This document shows positions 62,109-64,000 of a stretch of DNA of 64,000 bases, in pieces. Made by a program: the position numbers and the translations under genes. Under the pieces are notes generated by a model. The model worked only from the letters and a program-made list of their open reading frames with translations, made no database searches and was not told where the DNA came from. Origin of the DNA: an uncultured Chloroflexia bacterium (GTDB lineage: Bacteria; Chloroflexota; Limnocylindria; Limnocylindrales; CSP1-4). Each line of letters starts with the position of its first letter. Position 1 is the stretch's first letter. The stretch lies in NCBI GenBank assembly GCA_963844945.1, contig CAWJQZ010000024.1, forward strand, positions 8,116-72,115, given 5' to 3'.

Positions 62109-64000
62109 TCAGGCCGGCGCCGCGTCCGGGCTCAGGTCCGTCGCGGCGCCGGCTGCCGGGGCCTCGGCCGCAGCGGCATCCCCACCGGCCGGGGCCGGGT
62201 CGATCTCCTTCGACGCACCGCCCGTGGCCGCCGGCGGATCGTCGAAGACGCTGAGGACGGTCCGCCACGTGGTCGCGATGATCCCGACGATCGGGACGAC
62301 GAGGAACATCCCCAGGATCCCGCCGATCGCGCCGCCGGCCGGGATCGCCATGAGCACGATGGCCGGGTGGATGTTGACGGCCTTCCCGTACACGAGCGGC
62401 GCGACGATGTTCCCGGTGACGATGTTGAAGATGAGCGTGAACGCCAGCATGATCACGATGTCGGTCGGCGAGCCCACCGCGACCGTCACGAGGAACGCGA
62501 GGCCGGTGGTGATCATGCTGCCGATGTACGGGATGAACCCGCCGAAGAACGAGAGGACCGCGAGCGGGAGGGCGAGCGGCAGCCCCAGGACGGCCATGAT
62601 CAGGAACTGCGTGATCGCGCCGAACGCGGAGATCGCTCCCGTCCCGATCATGTAGCCGCTCAGGACCGTCGCCGCCTGTCCCGCCGCGCGGTCCGCGCGC
62701 TCGCGGCGCCACGGGACGAGACGCGCGGCGATCTCGCTCCAGATCCGGGCGCCGTCCCGGAGGAGGAAGAAGCACAGGAGCACCGAGAGGACGACTGCGA
62801 CGGTGAGCGCGGCCGCCTCGCCACTCACGCCGTCGAGCCCGGCGGTGAGGGAGACCCCCACCTCGTCGACGCCGGACCGAAGCGCCGCGAGCGCGTCGGC
62901 GAGCGCCTGGTCGATCCCACTGGCGCCCTGGAGCGCGGTCTCGACGATCTCCCGCGCCTGCTTCGCGAGCGAGGCGACCGTGAGCGCGAGGATCGCCACG
63001 GTGGCGATCAGGGCACCGGCCGTCGAGACCAGGGCGGCCGAGGTCGAGCCCATGCCGCGGCGGCCGAGAGCCCGGACGAGCGGCGCGAGCGTGGCTGCGA
63101 ACACCGCGGCCAGGACGAGCGGCAGGACGATGAGGGGGACGAGCAGCACCGCGCGGACCGCGAGCGCCAGCAGGAGGATGACGACGAGAAGGCGCCAGCT
63201 CCACTGGCCGAGGCGATCGAGCCATACCGGCATGAACTCGTCGTCCTCGCGCTCCACGTTCGATCCGATCGCGGTGACGACGGCGCCGGAGATCGCCGAC
63301 AGCGCAAGGGTGACGGGGACGGCGAGCGCGAGGCCGAGGACCCCGGCCACGGCCGCCCCGACCGGCAGGGCGACGATGACCGCCATCGGGTCCAGCAGCG
63401 TGAGACGCGCACGCGCCCACCGGGACAGGAGGATCTCGGCCGCGACATAGGTGAGGACGACGAGCCCGAGCGTGGCGAGTGCCGTGGGCACGCTCCCGGT
63501 GCCGAGCGCGGCCATGACGACCGCGGCGGTGGTCGCGAGCGGTCCGAGGAACGGCACGAACGAGCCGAGGAACACGATCGCGGCGAGCGGCCCCGCGTAC
63601 GGGACGCCGAGGCCCCAGAGGATCGCGAGCGTGGCGAGGGCACGTGCCGTGCCGATGACCGCGGACCCGCGCACGAAGGCGCCGACGCGCGTGGCCGCCG
63701 TCCGCCCGCTGCTCGCGAGCGTCTCCCGCTGCTCGTCGCTCGCCGCCTGGAGGATCCACGTGACGGCGTGGTCCGCGTCGAGCATCGCGAAGAACGTGAG
63801 GAAGAAGGTGAGGATCCCGACGGTCGCGATGAAGGAGACGGACGAGACGATCTCGCTGAGGCTCGCGGTGATCCAGTCCTTCACCTTGTCGCCGACCTCG
63901 GTGACGGCCGCCGAGGCCTCGGGCGAGAGCGAGAGCGACTGGAGGTGGTCGTCGAGCGCGGCGAGGCCGGCCGACATCGATCGGATCAGGTCGACGGCAT
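62109..64000 (-). CDS. Second tandem-domain AI-2E transporter; 5' end outside the window
   Basis: GSFVPFLG, MPVWLDRLGQWSWR, GGFIPYIG, VNIHPAIVL; C-terminal half closely similar to 30201-32413. Confidence 0.88.
   Translation of the reverse strand, partial: AVDLIRSMSAGLAALDDHLQSLSLSPEASAAVTEVGDKVKDWITASLSEIVSSVSFIATVGILTFFLTFFAMLDADHAVTWILQAASDEQRETLASSGRTAATRVGAFVRGSAVIGTARALATLAILWGLGVPYAGPLAAIVFLGSFVPFLGPLATTAAVVMAALGTGSVPTALATLGLVVLTYVAAEILLSRWARARLTLLDPMAVIVALPVGAAVAGVLGLALAVPVTLALSAISGAVVTAIGSNVEREDDEFMPVWLDRLGQWSWRLLVVILLLALAVRAVLLVPLIVLPLVLAAVFAATLAPLVRALGRRGMGSTSAALVSTAGALIATVAILALTVASLAKQAREIVETALQGASGIDQALADALAALRSGVDEVGVSLTAGLDGVSGEAAALTVAVVLSVLLCFFLLRDGARIWSEIAARLVPWRRERADRAAGQAATVLSGYMIGTGAISAFGAITQFLIMAVLGLPLALPLAVLSFFGGFIPYIGSMITTGLAFLVTVAVGSPTDIVIMLAFTLIFNIVTGNIVAPLVYGKAVNIHPAIVLMAIPAGGAIGGILGMFLVVPIVGIIATTWRTVLSVFDDPPAATGGASKEIDPAPAGGDAAAAEAPAAGAATDLSPDAAPA

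Overview
Very GC-rich bacterial chromosomal DNA. Gene content and protein style suggest Chloroflexota (Limnocylindria/Ellin6529-like); this is an inference. About 20 genes are split by small indels, mostly between 19.8 and 59.3 kb, which fits an unpolished long-read assembly, so split genes are reported as single CDS with approximate ends. From left to right: (1) a translationally coupled NERD-helicase / UvrD-PD-(D/E)XK / SbcD-like nuclease operon preceded by an ARPP-1-like gene; (2) DUF2252, a collagen-like secreted protein and a 1609-aa double GT-C glycosyltransferase; (3) a group 3b [NiFe]-hydrogenase operon with a fused beta-gamma subunit; (4) transport and metabolism genes (EamA, Zn-ADH, GlcD-like oxidase, BioY, MacB/FtsX-type ABC, CAP protein); (5) tRNA-His followed by an island-like block (truncated DUF6325, tandem-domain AI-2E, UPF0104, SulP, Cys-less CMD, MalT-like STAND-LuxR regulator) in which three promoter regions share a 25-bp palindrome; (6) an AI-2E/SPFH/RpiB(DerI-like) operon; (7) housekeeping genes (MalK/MsiK ATPase, NUDIX, glgC, M23 peptidase, A24 peptidase, pepA, adenosine deaminase, gcvR-like, HAD-IIA, NYN, ccsA, ABATE/CGNR regulator, NrdR-boxed nrdJ) and a second tandem AI-2E. 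No CRISPR array, rRNA, integrase or transposase was seen. The best candidates for undescribed biology are the palindrome-marked regulon beside tRNA-His, the helicase/nuclease operon and the double glycosyltransferase. All family calls come from motif recognition by eye; no database search was run.
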